From the NCBI GenBank assembly GCA_964187785.1, contig OZ076409.1, positions 88,724,001 through 88,788,000 on the forward strand: a DNA stretch of 64,000 bases, read 5' to 3'. Shown piece by piece: positions 63,748 through 64,000 of the stretch; within the stretch, counting starts at the first letter, position 1, and each line of letters starts with the position of its first letter. The DNA comes from Amphiscolops sp. MND2022. Taxonomy: Eukaryota. A model generated the notes under the pieces. The model worked only from the letters and a program-made list of their open reading frames with translations, had not been told where the DNA came from and made no database searches. The translations under genes were made by a program, and so were the position numbers.

Positions 63748-64000
63748 CTGGAAACACAAAAATCCTACGTTTGGTTCTACGTTTGGTGAGGAGATTTTTT
63801 TAGGGTTGATTGTAGTATTGGGGGTTTTTGTAGAATGAAAGTTATAGAACCTACGAAGTAGTGAGTAAGTGATACAGAGGGGCCAGAAAATCTTTGCAAC
63901 AACTGCTAAACTGTGAGTTCTCAACTGTGACGTATCAAAACACAAGTCTATATGTAATCATTTTCAAGCTCTTGTAAATTTCGAAATTTACTACAAAATT

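Overview
AT-rich, transposon-dense eukaryotic (animal) genomic DNA; species cannot be determined from the sequence. Host genes: (1) a multi-exon ASPP-family gene (apoptosis-stimulating of p53 protein / PP1 regulator) on the minus strand. Ten phase-consistent GT-AG coding exons run from 32329 down to 13784 (about 1109 codons): N-terminal ubiquitin-like/RA domain, coiled coil, long low-complexity middle, GILK and RVxF PP1 motifs, ankyrin repeats and SH3. The short final exon was not located. (2) The last exon of a purine nucleoside phosphorylase gene (minus, 63521-63747). The rest is mostly nested mobile DNA: two related Gypsy LTR families (one truncated copy, and one tandem pair sharing a central LTR), BEL/Pao remnants, CR1/L2-group LINE, CRE-clade and Penelope fragments, many Helentron-associated (HINE/DINE-1-like) elements, and hAT, MULE-like, piggyBac-like, Tc1-like and CACTA-like non-autonomous elements, many with readable TIRs and TSDs. 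Most notable observations: three insertions with long (14-61 bp) flanking duplications, two also showing microhomology or templated filler, suggesting integrase-independent capture during break repair; an unrecognised protein module conserved between RNase H and integrase in both Gypsy families, which also share a WLDD RT motif and a PBS-embedded micro-uORF; HINEs carrying tRNA 3'-half-like segments; a donor-less splice acceptor in an intronic hAT element; and several near-perfect hairpins. All alignments were done by eye; no database searches were run.
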